The notes beneath the pieces were generated by a model. The model searched no databases and was not told the origin of the DNA. It saw nothing but the letters and a program-made list of their open reading frames with translations. Positions 50,671-63,234 of a stretch of DNA of 64,000 nucleotides are shown here, in pieces. Positions within the stretch are counted from its first letter, which is position 1. Each line of letters opens with the position of its first letter. Source of the DNA: Mobula hypostoma (taxonomy: Eukaryota); NCBI RefSeq assembly GCF_963921235.1, contig NC_086108.1, positions 37,572,001 through 37,636,000 of the forward strand, written 5' to 3'. The translations under genes and the position numbers were made by a program.

Positions 50671-53099
50671 TCTGCCAGATCAGTGATTCTGTTTATTTCA
50701 AAGAACAGCTCATTTATGATTTATTAATAAATGTAGTTCAGTGTTTCCAGTGCTATGAAAATTTTGAATGTTTTATTTTTTTTTCCTTTTTTTGATAGCA
50801 TTGTTAGTTTATAATAATTAACTTATTAGTTTATAAGTGCTCTTGAATGCCACACATATGCTCAAAAATTCAAACTCTTTGATGGTTCGTTCATCCAGAG
50901 GCATGTGTTGATTGTCTGTCTAAATATTTCTGTTACTAGGCTTTTGCAGCGCAGATCACATCACTTGAAGAAGAAGTGTTTTGGACCCATACAGTCTAAC
51001 TGTGGATCCAGCAGGCAGGGAGTTGCAAGAACAGTTGATTCTCAATGCCCCGAGTGGAAAATATGTCCACAATTCAGTCGATAAAGGCAATACTTGTAAT
51101 GAACATGAACCCATAATTTTGAACATTCCTGGCAGAGGAGACAAATGGCTCCTGTCAGCATCCAACCTGTTAAACCATTTGGAATCTACTATTATGTATC
51201 TCTGTATCTAAGGAAAGATATATTTGGCTTGGAATCAGTATAACCAATATCTCTCATCCCAGTAAGTAATTTGTGATTCCATACTGCACAACTTCAAGGC
51301 AAATAAATGTCTCTTCAGCAATGGAACTAAAAGCTGTGCTCCATGACATTCCACTTCCACTTCAAAATTCTGCACAATTATGGCAAACTTCTTACTTTGT
51401 TACACCAAGACCATTGTGATTATCATTGGCACCACAACAGCATTCAGCTGAATACAACACCAAGTCTTAGGTGAACAAGAGTTGATCATTATGCAGGAGA
51501 TCTTGGGAGAGAGTAGGGTGTACACTCTTTGGTGCAGGATGATGCTTGGCCAATTATTTCTATCTATGGACATTGCTCTAGGCATAAAACCCCCTTGAAT
51601 TTTGACAGCTTCAGCAGCTTAGACATCCATTTAATCCATTTACAGGATGCCACAGCTGCAGTATGTGCCATTGTAACTCACTAAACAATCTGCAGTAGCG
51701 ATTTCCAATAAACTGAACTACAGCACAGTAAATGCATGAAGTACATGGAGAAAACATCCCTTCCAAGTTTATTTTCCAAAAGTTAAACTATTTTCATTAT
51801 TAACCCTTCTTGTTCTAGGATTAAAATGCTATAACTTCACTTGGTCTCGGAATAGGTTTATTATTGTCACGTAAACTGCGGTACAGTGAAAAGCATGTCA
51901 AGCATACTATTCATACAGGTCAAATCTGTGGATTAAGTAGTAGAAGGTAAAACAACAACAGAATACAGAATAAAGAACAACAGCTACAAAAAAAAGTGCA
52001 GTGCAGTGGGCCAATAAGCTGCAAAATCATAACAAATTGAACTTTGAGGTCAAGAGCCCATTTACTATATTAGAGAACCATTCAGTAGTCTTATAACATC
52101 AGTGTTGAGGCCGTCCTTGAGTCTGATGGTATGTTCTTTCAAGACTTTTGTATCTTCTGCCAGGTGGGAAGGGGAGAAGAGGGAATATTGAGGGTGGGTG
52201 AAGTTTTCGATTATGTCGCTGCTTTACTCAGGCAGCATACGGACACATTTTATGGAGAATAGGCTGGTTTCTGTGATGTGCTGAGCTGTGTCCATAACTC
52301 TCTGCAGTTTCTTGCAGTCACAGACAGAGAAGTGACTATACAAAACTATGATGTATCTAGATACTATGTATGTAGGAGTATTTGTAATAGTATACTGCTA
52401 GCTTCTTCACAACGTTGGGTCCAGCAGCTGAAGCAATGGTCCAGAACCATTATTCAGGGCAAAAGGGAATAGAGAAGAAATGACAACCTCTACACAATAA
52501 TGCCAACATCAAATCAAATGAATGAAAAGAAACTGAATCAGAATTTCAAAAAATCCATATATTGAAATACTTAGTGCTATTTAAGGTTAGTTTAAAAAAT
52601 GCTTTTAAGATTATCTTGTCGGTATCAATGACTGAAACAAGAGTACCATGAGCACTAACTATACAGTGATATTTCAGTGTGTATTGACAACACTGCCACT
52701 CAATGATTTGAAGATGAGACAGAATTTATGACAGGGTTCCACTTCGGCTGGAAGTAGTACTGTAACTAAATGCTGTCTAATGTCAATCTTAGTAACTTGC
52801 AATGGCACAGTCACCAAACATGATTGACAGGTGGATTATCCAATTATCTTCACTCTAACATAGAAATAGAGCTAGAATATATTAGTTTCAGATCATGTGA
52901 GCCATAATATAGCTAATCATTACCTTATTATAAATATAGTCTGTGGAACAAACACAGAAGGTATTTGGATAATACTGGCTTTTGATCGTATTTACTAAAT
53001 GAGAGGGGTAGAAAGATACACATAACAGTCTTTACTTCTGAAATATGCAACCAGTAGAACTGAATTTTAGAAAATATTTTCAATGCACCCATGTTCCTG

Positions 53100-53526
53100 T
53101 TCTAAATTTCTATAGATGTATGATGGAGAGCACTCTGACTGGTTCTAGCACAGCCTGGTATGGGGACTCCAATTCTCAGGATTGAAGAGGCTGCAGAGGG
53201 TGTATACAGAGCCAGCTGCATCAGGAAATACCATTCCCACTGTCAAGGACATATCCAAGAGGCAGTGCTTCAGGAAGACTGCATCCATCAGCAAGAACTC
53301 TCCCCATCCAGGATATGCCCTGTTCTCATTGCTGCCATCAGGGAAGAGGTACAGGGACCTGAAGACCCACATTCAACAATTTAGAAAAAAACTTTCCCTC
53401 AGGTCTTGGCCTGAAACATTGACTGTTTACTCTTTTCTATAGGTGATGCCTGGCCTGCTGAGTTCCTCCTGCATTTCATGTGTATTACTCAGATTTCCAA
53501 CATCAGTAGATTTTCTCTTGTTTGTG
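53100..53526 (+). mobile_element. Rex1 fragment followed by a Penelope-type 3' fragment
   Basis: HPGYALFSLLPSGKRY, then ggtcttggcctgaaacattgac...gattttctcttgtttgtg. Confidence 0.7.
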
Positions 53527-53650
53527 ATATTAAATCTGATTTTGATTCTATATCACATTTTCAGAGCATATTATCATAACACTGTTCAACTCGGCTGATT
53601 TAATCCCTTCATAGCTGATAGCCCTTTCCAAACATCACCTATTTAATACC

Positions 53651-53915
53651 GCAAACACGAGGAAACCTGCAGATGCTGGAAATTCAAGCAACACACGAAA
53701 AATGCTGGTGGAATGCAGCAGGCCAGGCAGCATCCATAGGAAGAGGTACAGTTGATGTTTTGAGCCAAGACCCTTCGTCAGGACTAACTGAAAGAAGAGA
53801 TAGTAAGAGATTTGAAAGTGGGAGGGGGAGGGGGCGATCCAAAATGATAGGAGAAGACAGGAGGGGGAGGGATGGAGCTAAGAGCTGGAAAGTTGATTGG
53901 CAAAAGGGACACCAG
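53651..53915 (-). mobile_element. Penelope-like element terminal (pLTR) fragment
   Basis: Same sequence family as 62624-63334. Confidence 0.8.
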
Positions 53916-55026
53916 CCTGAATACTGTTTTCCATCATTTCTCATTGTTCACTAATTATAATTGTACCCACATTGAAGATTCAGGTAATAAGTTTTGGAAT
54001 TCCTGTCCAAAATCTCTCTTTCTAGCTTTAAGTTGCTTCTTAAAACCTACCTCTCTGATTAACAACTGGTCACATATTTTCTTAAGTGGATTCATGTTAA
54101 ATTGTGTTTAATGAAACTTGTAAAACATGTCTGGAAGATAACTAACATTTAAAAGCTAAATAGATGCAGGTTGTTGTGTAATGTGCCAGAATAGATACCA
54201 AAGCTAGCTGGCTTTACTTTGAGTAAACACACTCCACTCACTTATACTTTAGATATTTAGAACTTTCTCTTAAAGTATTGGGTACCAAGGATTTGTTTAG
54301 TCCTTTTCAAAACTAAGAGTTCAGAGCTGTAACAATAGGTGCTTGTATTTATCAAGCTGGATTTGATATTTTACACATCAGGTCAACAAACTGTGCATAT
54401 TGGAACTGCCATCCTGGAGGCAAGGAAATTTGATAGAGTTGATAGACTGGATCTCCTGCTTCGCACTGAGCTGTCTGGATCTTCTTTCAAAGTAAAAACA
54501 AAATACGATGGAAACAATTAAGAGGCAAGACCCAGGTAATGTAGTTGCAATACCCAGTGCTTAAGAATACCTTTCACAAGTGATGTGGCCTGTCTGGGAT
54601 GATGGGCTGTCAAGGCCATCAGTGGGGTTGATGGTCTATGACTCACCTAGACACTCACACTCAAAACCCAATAAAATGAAACTATTAAAAATACAATTAT
54701 CAAAAAATGATTAATTGTTCAAAAATTGAAGGAACTAAAAAACACTAATTTAAAGCAAAAACATTTAAATTTGTGATGGATATTCACTTCTTGATTATTT
54801 GCTGATCTCACTTTCTAAACACAGTAGCTACCACTTGTAAGATCACAAACAGATGTAAGTAAACTTCCAACTATTATTGATTTGTATAGTTTATGGTTGT
54901 AAAATGGGAGTCAGTCTTCAGTTCATAAAATGTAAATGAAAGCAGTAGTCAGCCTCAGGTTAAAATACAGATTTAAAAACAAGCTCTATTTATAGCACAG
55001 ATGCTCTGCTCTTCTGTGAGAAATAA

Positions 55027-55748
55027 GGCTACGTCCACACTAGACCGGATAAATTGGTAACCGAAGCTTTTTCTCTTTGTTTTGACCCTCTTTCCATGCT
55101 GAAATGGTGTTTCCCTCCCTCGAAAATGGAGCTTTCCTAAAACACTCTCCAGTGTGTTTAAATCTGAAAACGCCAGTCGGGCGTTGTAGTGTGTACAGGG
55201 TAACCGGAGGTTTTAAAAAAACCTCTCGCCCCTTTCATCGGTGAAGAGACTACGCTATAGGAAATGTTTCCAGGGTGACCCCTCTGTGGGAGTGGGGAGG
55301 ATGTTGGTGGGGCCACCTGGGGGCTCTGTGTGTCCGTATGTGCAGCTATTGTAGTGGCTATGAGGCTGGTATTGTGTCAGTTTTACAATGTTTGTCATCA
55401 GCCGGGTCACACTGTTCGTGAACTCCTTGTCGGTTGCCTCCATATGCTCCAGTATTTGTTTTTTCAGTTTTAAGTCCTCCTGCGCGAGAGCCAACAGCAG
55501 TCTGTTATTTGGCAATTTCCTTTTAAGTTTTTCTGGTCTGTAACTGGACAAACACGCACCAAGTATACCGTTTCCTCTTTGCTTATTTTCTGTAGATGTG
55601 TCCTGCACATGCCCAGTAGGAGGCGATTTGCCCAAATACCCGTTTTAATGTGGATGGAGGTATTTTCAAAAACGCCTGGTGTGGACACCTATTGTTTTTA
55701 CGTGAATCCGGCGTTTTCAAAATTATCCAGCCTAGTGTGGATGTAGCC
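55027..55748 (-). mobile_element. Non-autonomous PIF/Harbinger DNA transposon
   Basis: TAA|GGCTACGTCCACACTAG ... CTAGTGTGGATGTAGCC|TAA: TIRs and a TAA TSD. Confidence 0.9.
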
Positions 55749-56085
55749 TAAGATGCAGTTCCTAACAGCTGATTTACCGCAGCTCAAGGATACAGTATAA
55801 GACAATGGGCTGTTTAATTTGGCTTGTTTCAAATGGATAAGTGGACTATAAGTTGCTCAGTTCAAGGAAGCTTGCAGACCAGATGGAACCAAATACTTAG
55901 CATATCAAATAACTGATCTATTAATGTTGGGAGTTTTAGGTGCTCAGAAAAGTTAGTTTTACAGTAGTAGCTGAGATCTATTGTATGTATCCAAGATGCT
56001 TTTAGACCATTTGTGTATATCGGAGGAAATATCATACATATGTGAAGTCATCCAAATAGAAGAAAGGGTACAGAATTGTAGAGAG

Positions 56086-56392
56086 TGTCAGGCCTACCCA
56101 GGAAGGTGCCTCGTAGTCACGACCTAGCTAACAAGAGTCACTTGCCACTCATTTCCAACACATCACCTGCAGCCAAATTAAATCCCGCTTTCATTCATAA
56201 CCCTTGTTCACTTATGTCAACCAGCCAGCCTCAACTTCTTGGTTCTAGCCTTCAGTTACCTTGTAATGTTAAGTATCAGTTCTCTTTTGTTTTGTGGTCC
56301 CTTGTGGCTTGATATTTTATTATTAAAGAGATTGCTCATTGCTAATTATTTCCACTGCTCTGTGTTTCAAACTTCCTCCACATTTCCTAACA
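56086..56392 (+). mobile_element. Solo LTR (307 bp), probably from an LTR retrotransposon
   Basis: GAGAG|TGTCAGG ... CCTAACA|GAGAG: TG..CA termini, 7-bp imperfect inverted repeat, 5-bp TSD, ATTAAA at ~56323. Confidence 0.8.
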
Positions 56393-57062
56393 GAGAGAAG
56401 TCCAGGCATATTAGGAACATCTAGAACCATGAGGTGAATTAGAATCCATTCCTCTGGTTTTGATTTCTGCAATGAAGGATTTGTTTGTCTGCAGCTTGTG
56501 GGTGTGCTTTATAGTTTATAGGAATTGTACCCGTGTTTAGGCAATCCTTTATCTTTTGTGCTTGTGAAATGGTTTGTTATTTAGAAATAGTTTGTAATTT
56601 GGAAATGTTTAAGATGGAAATACTCAATTTTAAATGTGTTTTAAGAATGTTTTGTGGATTTAAAGGCGTGTCACTGAAAATAAACAAACTATTTTTAAAC
56701 TACTTTGTTGGCTGGAAGAATCTCCCCCTTGGTAGGGATAGGGGACCAACTGCTCGAATAGTGGGTATTGTCAGCTGAACTCACCATGGAGAAAAACCAG
56801 AGAAGTGAACTAGTCTTTGAAGATTAGGTAGTTACAGTATAATCTCCCTTCAGTTAGAACACTTGTGAGTATTTAGATCCAATAAGTTTAAGGTCTTTGT
56901 TTGAGTTTCGAACTTTGCGATCAGCAAAGTCAATACCATCACAGTAGGCACTTGTTGGTTAGGTTATACCAACAGTATTATTTTAGAAATAATTATTATT
57001 TGTCAGTAGTCCAATTTGGAGAGCTCTCAACCAGTGCTATGCTCCCCACCTAATACTATAAA

Positions 57063-58242
57063 ATGGTCAACATCCTGTTTTCCAGCAGTTGCTCAGGCAA
57101 ATATTAGTCGATATTATAAAAGTGTTAATAATAAAGCAGAAATATGATATAATACCCAGCTCTCAAATTGAATGTGAATATTTTTTACTTCAAGTCCGAG
57201 ACTGGAATGATAAAGGGATAAAACATAGAGTAGGATTTAGATTAGACAAACCATGCCCCACCGTATCACTTTCTGGAATCGGATCATCACAAATTGTACC
57301 AGTTTCAAACAATGTTGCAATAATTCGTGCCTGGAGACAACAAATTGGTCCTTTTTAGCAAAAAACCAAGCACCTGCTTGGAGACTATATGCTTGTGTGA
57401 TAGAAGCTGGTGATCAATATCTTAATCATGATGCATAGGGATACCATGTATTCCTTCCAGGCACACGAGGTAGTGCCCACGCCATTAAATCCTAGAGGTA
57501 CGAAAAAAGCTACAGAACAGATGCTTGGGAACATGCACTAGAATTAAGGATTGACTATAGCCAGTAAAAGAAGAAGATGGGGACAGGTTCCTGTATAGGG
57601 AGCTACTGCAGTTTCCCCAGGACAAATTTCTCATCCAGGTTTTGGAACTTTGACTATTCAAAGTTTGCAGGCAGAATGTACTGCACTTCCAGGTGATGCT
57701 GAAGGAAATCTGAAGTGGCTACATCAGAATGCTGGGAGGTTACAGGCCTTCTAGTCCAGTCATACTCCCCAACATACTCAGCAATTCTTATTAATGTTAT
57801 TTTCCATAGCCTTGGTACCCACCTCCACATGAATGTGGAAATCCGTGCCAGATACAGACATGGATTTATAAACAAAAAAATGGTGGGATGAATGCAGAGG
57901 CCTTAGAACTGTGTTGAGTAGAGAGTCAAAAGCCAGGGCTTAATAACATCTTAGAGGATGGGAGAAAAATTGGCAGGAGCAGACTGGGACCTAGTTCACT
58001 CTCTAGTGTTACCCCTTCATCCTGGTGATACCCTCTACATCATGTAGGGAATGGCCCTCAATCAACACCCTATACATGAACGATTTCAGGTTTTTGAAGA
58101 GACCCTGCGCACCCGCATGGTGGGAGCAGGTTTACAGCTCATTTCCACACAACGGCAACAAAATGCCAACATACAGTTCTCCCCTTTCCCTTTAAAGAAG
58201 GGGTTCCAACCTTTTTTTAATGCCCTGGACCCCTATCATTAA
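57063..58242 (+). pseudogene. gag: Foamy-type Gag remnant (capsid/central domain)
   Basis: From 57653: TIQSLQAECTALPGDAEGNLKWLHQNAGRLQAF*SSHTP aligns ungapped to PFV [39 protein letters not shown]. From 57958: MGEKLAGADWDLVHSLVLPLHPGD vs PFV LGMMLSGQNYQLVSGIIRGYLPGQ. PFV sequences recalled, not searched. Confidence 0.72.
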
Positions 58243-58444
58243 CCAACCCCCAAGACTGGAACCCTTGCTTTAAAGGGTCAGTAAACAAGTTCTCAAACCA
58301 ACCCTGTTCCTTGCGTCGATCACATTCGCAACATTCTCCTACACCAGTCCCTTAGCAGGAAAGACTTAATCAACAAACCAAAACAGTTCACTGGAGAATG
58401 CCTGCCTTAGGAAGAGATATTCACCCACAAACAAGATGGCTACT

Positions 58445-61400
58445 ATTGGCTGATTTAATTCAACCCAACCCCATTCTCCTGCATTCTCTGCACAACCTTT
58501 GATGTCCTGATTAATCAAGAACCTATCAATCTCCACCTTAAATATACCCGATGACTTGGCCAGTACAACCAATTATGACAAAGAATTCCACAGATTCACC
58601 ACCTTCTCTCTAAAGACTCTTTTCCTCATCTCTGTTCTAAATAGATAACCCTCAACTTTGAGTCTATTTCCTCTGGTCTTTAACACCCCTACTGTAAGAA
58701 ACATCCTGCCCACACCCACTCTATCCACACCCTTTAATATTTGATAGGTTTCAATGAGATCCCCCCCATTCTTCTAAACTCTAGACAGACCCAGAGCCAA
58801 ATGCTCTACAAAATTTAACCCTTTCATTCCTGGGATCATTCTCGTGAACTTCCTCTGGACTCTCTCTGATGTCAGCACATCCTTTCTTAAATAAGGGGCC
58901 TAAAACAGCTCACAATACTCCCAAGTGTGGTCTGACCAATGCCTTACAAAGCCTCAGCATTACATTCTTGCTTCTGTATTTTTGTCCTCTCAAAATGAAT
59001 GCTAACATTGCATTTGTCGTCTTTACCACTAACTCAACCTGCAAGTTAACCTTTAGGAAATCCTGCATGAGGACTCACAAGTTCCTTTGTACCTCTGTAT
59101 TTTGAATTTTCTCTCTGTTTATAAAATAGTCTATGCCTTTTTTCATTCTACCAAAGTGCATGACCATACACTGTCTAAGTCCTTCTGCAGACACCCTGCT
59201 TCCTCAACATTACATACCTTTCCACCTATCGTTGTATCATCCACAAACCTGGACACAAAGGCAAAAATTCCTTCATCCAAATCATTGACATAAAACACGA
59301 AAAGCAGCAGTCCCAACACCAACCCCTGTGGTACACCACTAGTTACCGGTAGCCACTCAGAATATTTTTCCCAAGCTCAAGAGTTTTCCTGTTTTCTTAA
59401 GCTAGACAGATAGATAACTCCAGCACTGTTGAAGGTGGTTTTATTATTCACCAACACATTACAGTACGCAAGGGGCTGTTGTAAAAGGACAGTATTTCTC
59501 AGTGCTCCAGTGAAAAGCAGATTCAAATATTGATTGAAATTCCTTCGACTTCTAACGTGTTTCTAACTACTAAATGATTATGCACATATGATATAAAATG
59601 GCCACCCTGATGATGGAAGCTAAATGCTTAACAATGCAATAATGAGTAATCATCAGCAGCAGTGAAGCTCTAGTAATTAGAGATATGAAAAAAAAACACA
59701 TCAGATAATACATAACAGGCTCATTTATTCCCACTCTTTGCCTCCTGCCAATCTTCAATCCATTTTAGTACCTTTCCCAAAATACCATGGGCTCTTATTT
59801 TGTTAAGCACTCTCATCTGGCGCACCTCAGGGGTGTGGGCTTAGCCCACTGCTCTATTCTCTGTATACACATGATCGTATGGCTAGGCATAGCTCGAATA
59901 CCATCTACAAATTTGCTGACGATACAACAATTGTTGGTAGAATCTCAGGTGGTGACGAGAGGGCATACAGGAGAGAGATATGCGAACTAGTGGAGTGGTG
60001 CTGCAGCAACAACTTGGCACTCAGCGTCAGTAAGACGAAAGAGCTGATTATGGACTTCAGGAAGGGTAAGATGAAGGAACACAAACCAATCCTCATAGAG
60101 GTATCAGAAGTGGAGAGAGTGAGCAGCTTCAAGTTCCTGGGTGTCAAGATCTCTGAGAATCTAACCTGGTCCCAATACATTGATGTAATCATAAAGAAGT
60201 CAAGACATCAGCTATTCTTTATTTGGAGTTTGAAGCGATTTGGCATGTCAGCAAATACACTCAAAAACTTCTATAGTTGCACCGTGCAGAGTATTCTGAC
60301 AGGCTACATCACTGTCTGGTATGGAGGGGCTACTGAACAGGACCGAAAGAAGCTGCAGAAGTTTGTAAATCTAGTCAGCTCCATCTTGGGCACTAGCCTC
60401 CAAGGTACCCAGGACATCTTTAGGGAGCGGTGTCTCAGAAAGGCAGCAACCATTATTAAAGACCTTCAGCACCCCAGGGCATGCCCTTTTCTCACTGTTA
60501 CCATCAGGTAGGAAATACAGAAGCCTGAAGGCACACGCTCAGCGATTCAGGAACAGCTTCTTCCCCTCTGCCATCCGATTCCTAAATGGACTTTGAAGCT
60601 TTGGCCACTACTTCACTTTTTAAAAAAAATACAGTATTTCTGTTTTTGCACATTTTTTAATAAGCTATTCAATATATGTAATTGATTATTTATTATGTTT
60701 TTTTTCTCTCTCTGCTAGATTATGTATTGCATTGAACTGCTGCTGCTAAGTTAACAAATTTCACGTCACATGCCAGTGATAATAAACCTGATTCTGATTC
60801 CGATCTGTGGCACCTTATCAAAGGCCTTCTGAGAATCCAAATAAACAACCTCCATTGACTCTCCATTGCTTATCCTGTCTGTTATTTCGTCAAAGAATTC
60901 CAACAGATTTGTCAGGCAAGATTTCCGCTTTAGAAAACCATGCTGACTTTGACCTATTTTATCACATGCCTCCAAGTACCCTGAAATCTTATCCTCCGTA
61001 ATAGACTCCAACATCTTTCCAACCACTGAAGTCAGACTAACTGGCCTGCAATTTCCTTTCTTCGGTCTCCCTCCCTTCTTAAAGATTGGAGTAACATTTG
61101 CAATTTTCCAGGCTTCAGATTCTTGAAAGATCATTACTAATACCTTCACAATCTCTTCAGTTACCTCTTTCAATACCCTGGACTGTAGTCCATGTGACTT
61201 ATCTACAGTACTTTCAGACTTTTCAGCTACCCAAGCACCTTTTCCTTAGTAATAGCAGCTCCATGCACTTTTGTCCCAGCAATTCTGCATTTCTGACATT
61301 CTGCTAGTGTCTTTCACAGTGAAGACCTACACAAAACATTTATTATGTTCCTCGGTCATTTCATTGTCCTCCATTACTACCTCTCCCGTGACATTTTCCA

Positions 61401-61860
61401 GCAGTCCGATATCCACTCTCATCTCTGTTACTCCTTATATCTCTGAAAAATCTTCTTGTATCCTCTTTTAGATAAATTATGAATTTACCTTCATATTTCG
61501 TCTTTTCTTTCTTTATGGTTTTTTTAGTTGCCTCAGTTGATTTTTTTAAAGCTTCTCAATCCTCAACATTTGCACAAATATTTGCTATATTTTATACTCC
61601 CTCTTTCTTTTCATGATGTCTTTGACTTCCCTTGTCAGCCAGCTACCCACAAGGATTCGACATCTTCTGATCCTATGTCACCTCTAGGGATTTGATTTCA
61701 GTCTTACCAATAGAGCCACCCCACCCGCTCTGCCATGCTGCCTGACCTTTAAATACAATGCATCTCCTTTGCTGTTAAGCTCCCAACTATGATCTTCTTT
61801 CAACCACGACATCATACCTGCCAATTTCTAATTGCTCTACAATATCATCTACCTTATTTC
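58445..61860 (-). mobile_element. CR1 LINE inserted into the provirus, itself interrupted
   Basis: ORF 60766-61173 (WKIANVTPIFKKG...RPVSLTS...SCLTNLLEFF...KAFDKVP); 3' end at ~58445. Confidence 0.9.
59817..60801 (+). mobile_element. 5'-truncated Rex1/Babar LINE nested in the CR1
   Basis: ORF 59879-60511 (YKFADDTTIVG...KFLGVKISENLTW); tail aataaacctgattctgattc. Confidence 0.92.
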
Positions 61861-62480
61861 AGTAGCACCAAGTACATGTGGCAAATTGATTATTTTGGCC
61901 AGTTTCTGGCATCCCAAGGCAACTTGCCTTATCTGAAAAATAATAGATATATTCTTGTGATAATTGGTCTTTATACGGGATATACATAGTTAATCTCCAT
62001 GACTTCTTGTAGCGAGATCACAACCTTCACAACACTTCAAAGCTCCATATTCCCATATGCTAGCACCCCTGTCCAGGTGACCCAGTGACATGCTGACCAG
62101 GGCTCTTCCTTCAGTGGTAAAGGCATTCAAGCCATGTGTAAGATGAAAAGGCATACAAGTAGAGTACAACACTCCACTCCAACTGCAATCAAGTGGCATG
62201 ATGGGGCAAAGCAATCAAGAGATTATATAAGGCCTGACAAAACTACTCTACTCCAGAAGCAAAGTTACCCCTGAGGTGCAACCGTCAGTAAACAAAGTGC
62301 CAATTCCGTAACATATAATGTTCACCTAAATCTAGCCCTGATTGCTAACTCAGGCCAACCATTGCCTACATCCAATATAATTCTCCTCAGGGAATTTCCA
62401 TCCCAGATTACCCTTGTTATCAATGATAGGACTGTGGTAATTGACAGCAGGAGGAGAAACAAGTCCATGCAAAACTATAA
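61861..62480 (+). pseudogene. pol: Foamy-type integrase remnant (catalytic core and C-terminal domain)
   Basis: WQIDYFGQF..SQG...YILVIIGLYTGYT*L; HADQGSSF; after a frameshift GIQVEYNTP...QSSGMMGQSNQEII*GLTKLL; CTD PSQITLVINDRTVVID. D (62095) to the E position (62204, now GGG) keeps the D-35-E spacing. Confidence 0.88.
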
Positions 62481-62654
62481 TCCAAAGATAACATCAAACC
62501 TGCCCCAGCAGGATTTTGGGTCCACCACGGAACACTTACATCTCAACGGAAAGGGGGTGGGGCGAGGTGTATTGAAATGATAAAACACATGTTTAAATCT
62601 GAAAAGCAATGAAAGAATTCCTGCAAGCCAGGCAGCATCTCTAGGAAGAGGTAC

Positions 62655-62690
62655 AGTTGACGTTTCAGGCCGAGACCCTTCGTCAGGACT
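62655..62690 (-). ncRNA. Minimal hammerhead ribozyme, antisense copy
   Basis: Minus strand AGTC-CTGACGA-A-GGGTCTCGGCCT-GAAA-CGTC^AACT; one stem I mismatch. Confidence 0.7.
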
Positions 62691-63198
62691 AACTGAAGGA
62701 AGAGTTAGTAAGAGATTTGAAAGTGGGAGGGGGAGGGGGAGATCCAAAATGATAGGAGAAGACAGGAGGGGGAGGGATGGAGACAAGAGCTGGACAGGTG
62801 ATAGGCAAAAGGGATATGAGAGGATCATGGGACAGGAGGCCCAGGGGGAAGGAAAAGGGGGAGGGGGGGGAAACCCAGAGGATAGACAAGGGGTATAGTC
62901 AGAGGGACAGAGGATGAAAAAGGAGAGAGAGAGAAAGAATGTGTGTATATAAATAAATAACGGATGGGGTACGAGGGGGAGGTGGGGTATTAGCGGAAGT
63001 TAGAGAAGTCAATGTTCATGCCATCAGGTTGGAGGCTACCCAGACGGAATATAAGGTGTTGTTCCTCCAACCTGAGTGTGGCTTCATCTTTACAGTAGAG
63101 GAGGCCATGGATAGACATATCAGAATGGGAATGGGATGTGGAATTAAACTGCCCTCCCCCTCCCACTTTCAAATCTCTTACTAGCTCTTCCTTCAGTT

Positions 63199-63234
63199 AG
63201 TCCTGATGAAGGGTCTCGGCCCGAAACGTCGACT
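63199..63234 (+). ncRNA. Minimal type I hammerhead ribozyme (Penelope pLTR type)
   Basis: AGTC-CTGATGA-A-GGGTCTCGGCCC-GAAA-CGTC^GACT: stem I AGTC/GACT, intact core, stem II GGG/CCC, palindromic ACGT stem III, GUC cleavage triplet. Confidence 0.85.

Noticed and set aside
57250-57310. VSLSGIGSS as a retroviral protease flap
   Set aside because: No DTG/DSG active site, and it lies upstream of the Gag capsid blocks, so it is more likely the Gag N-terminal region.
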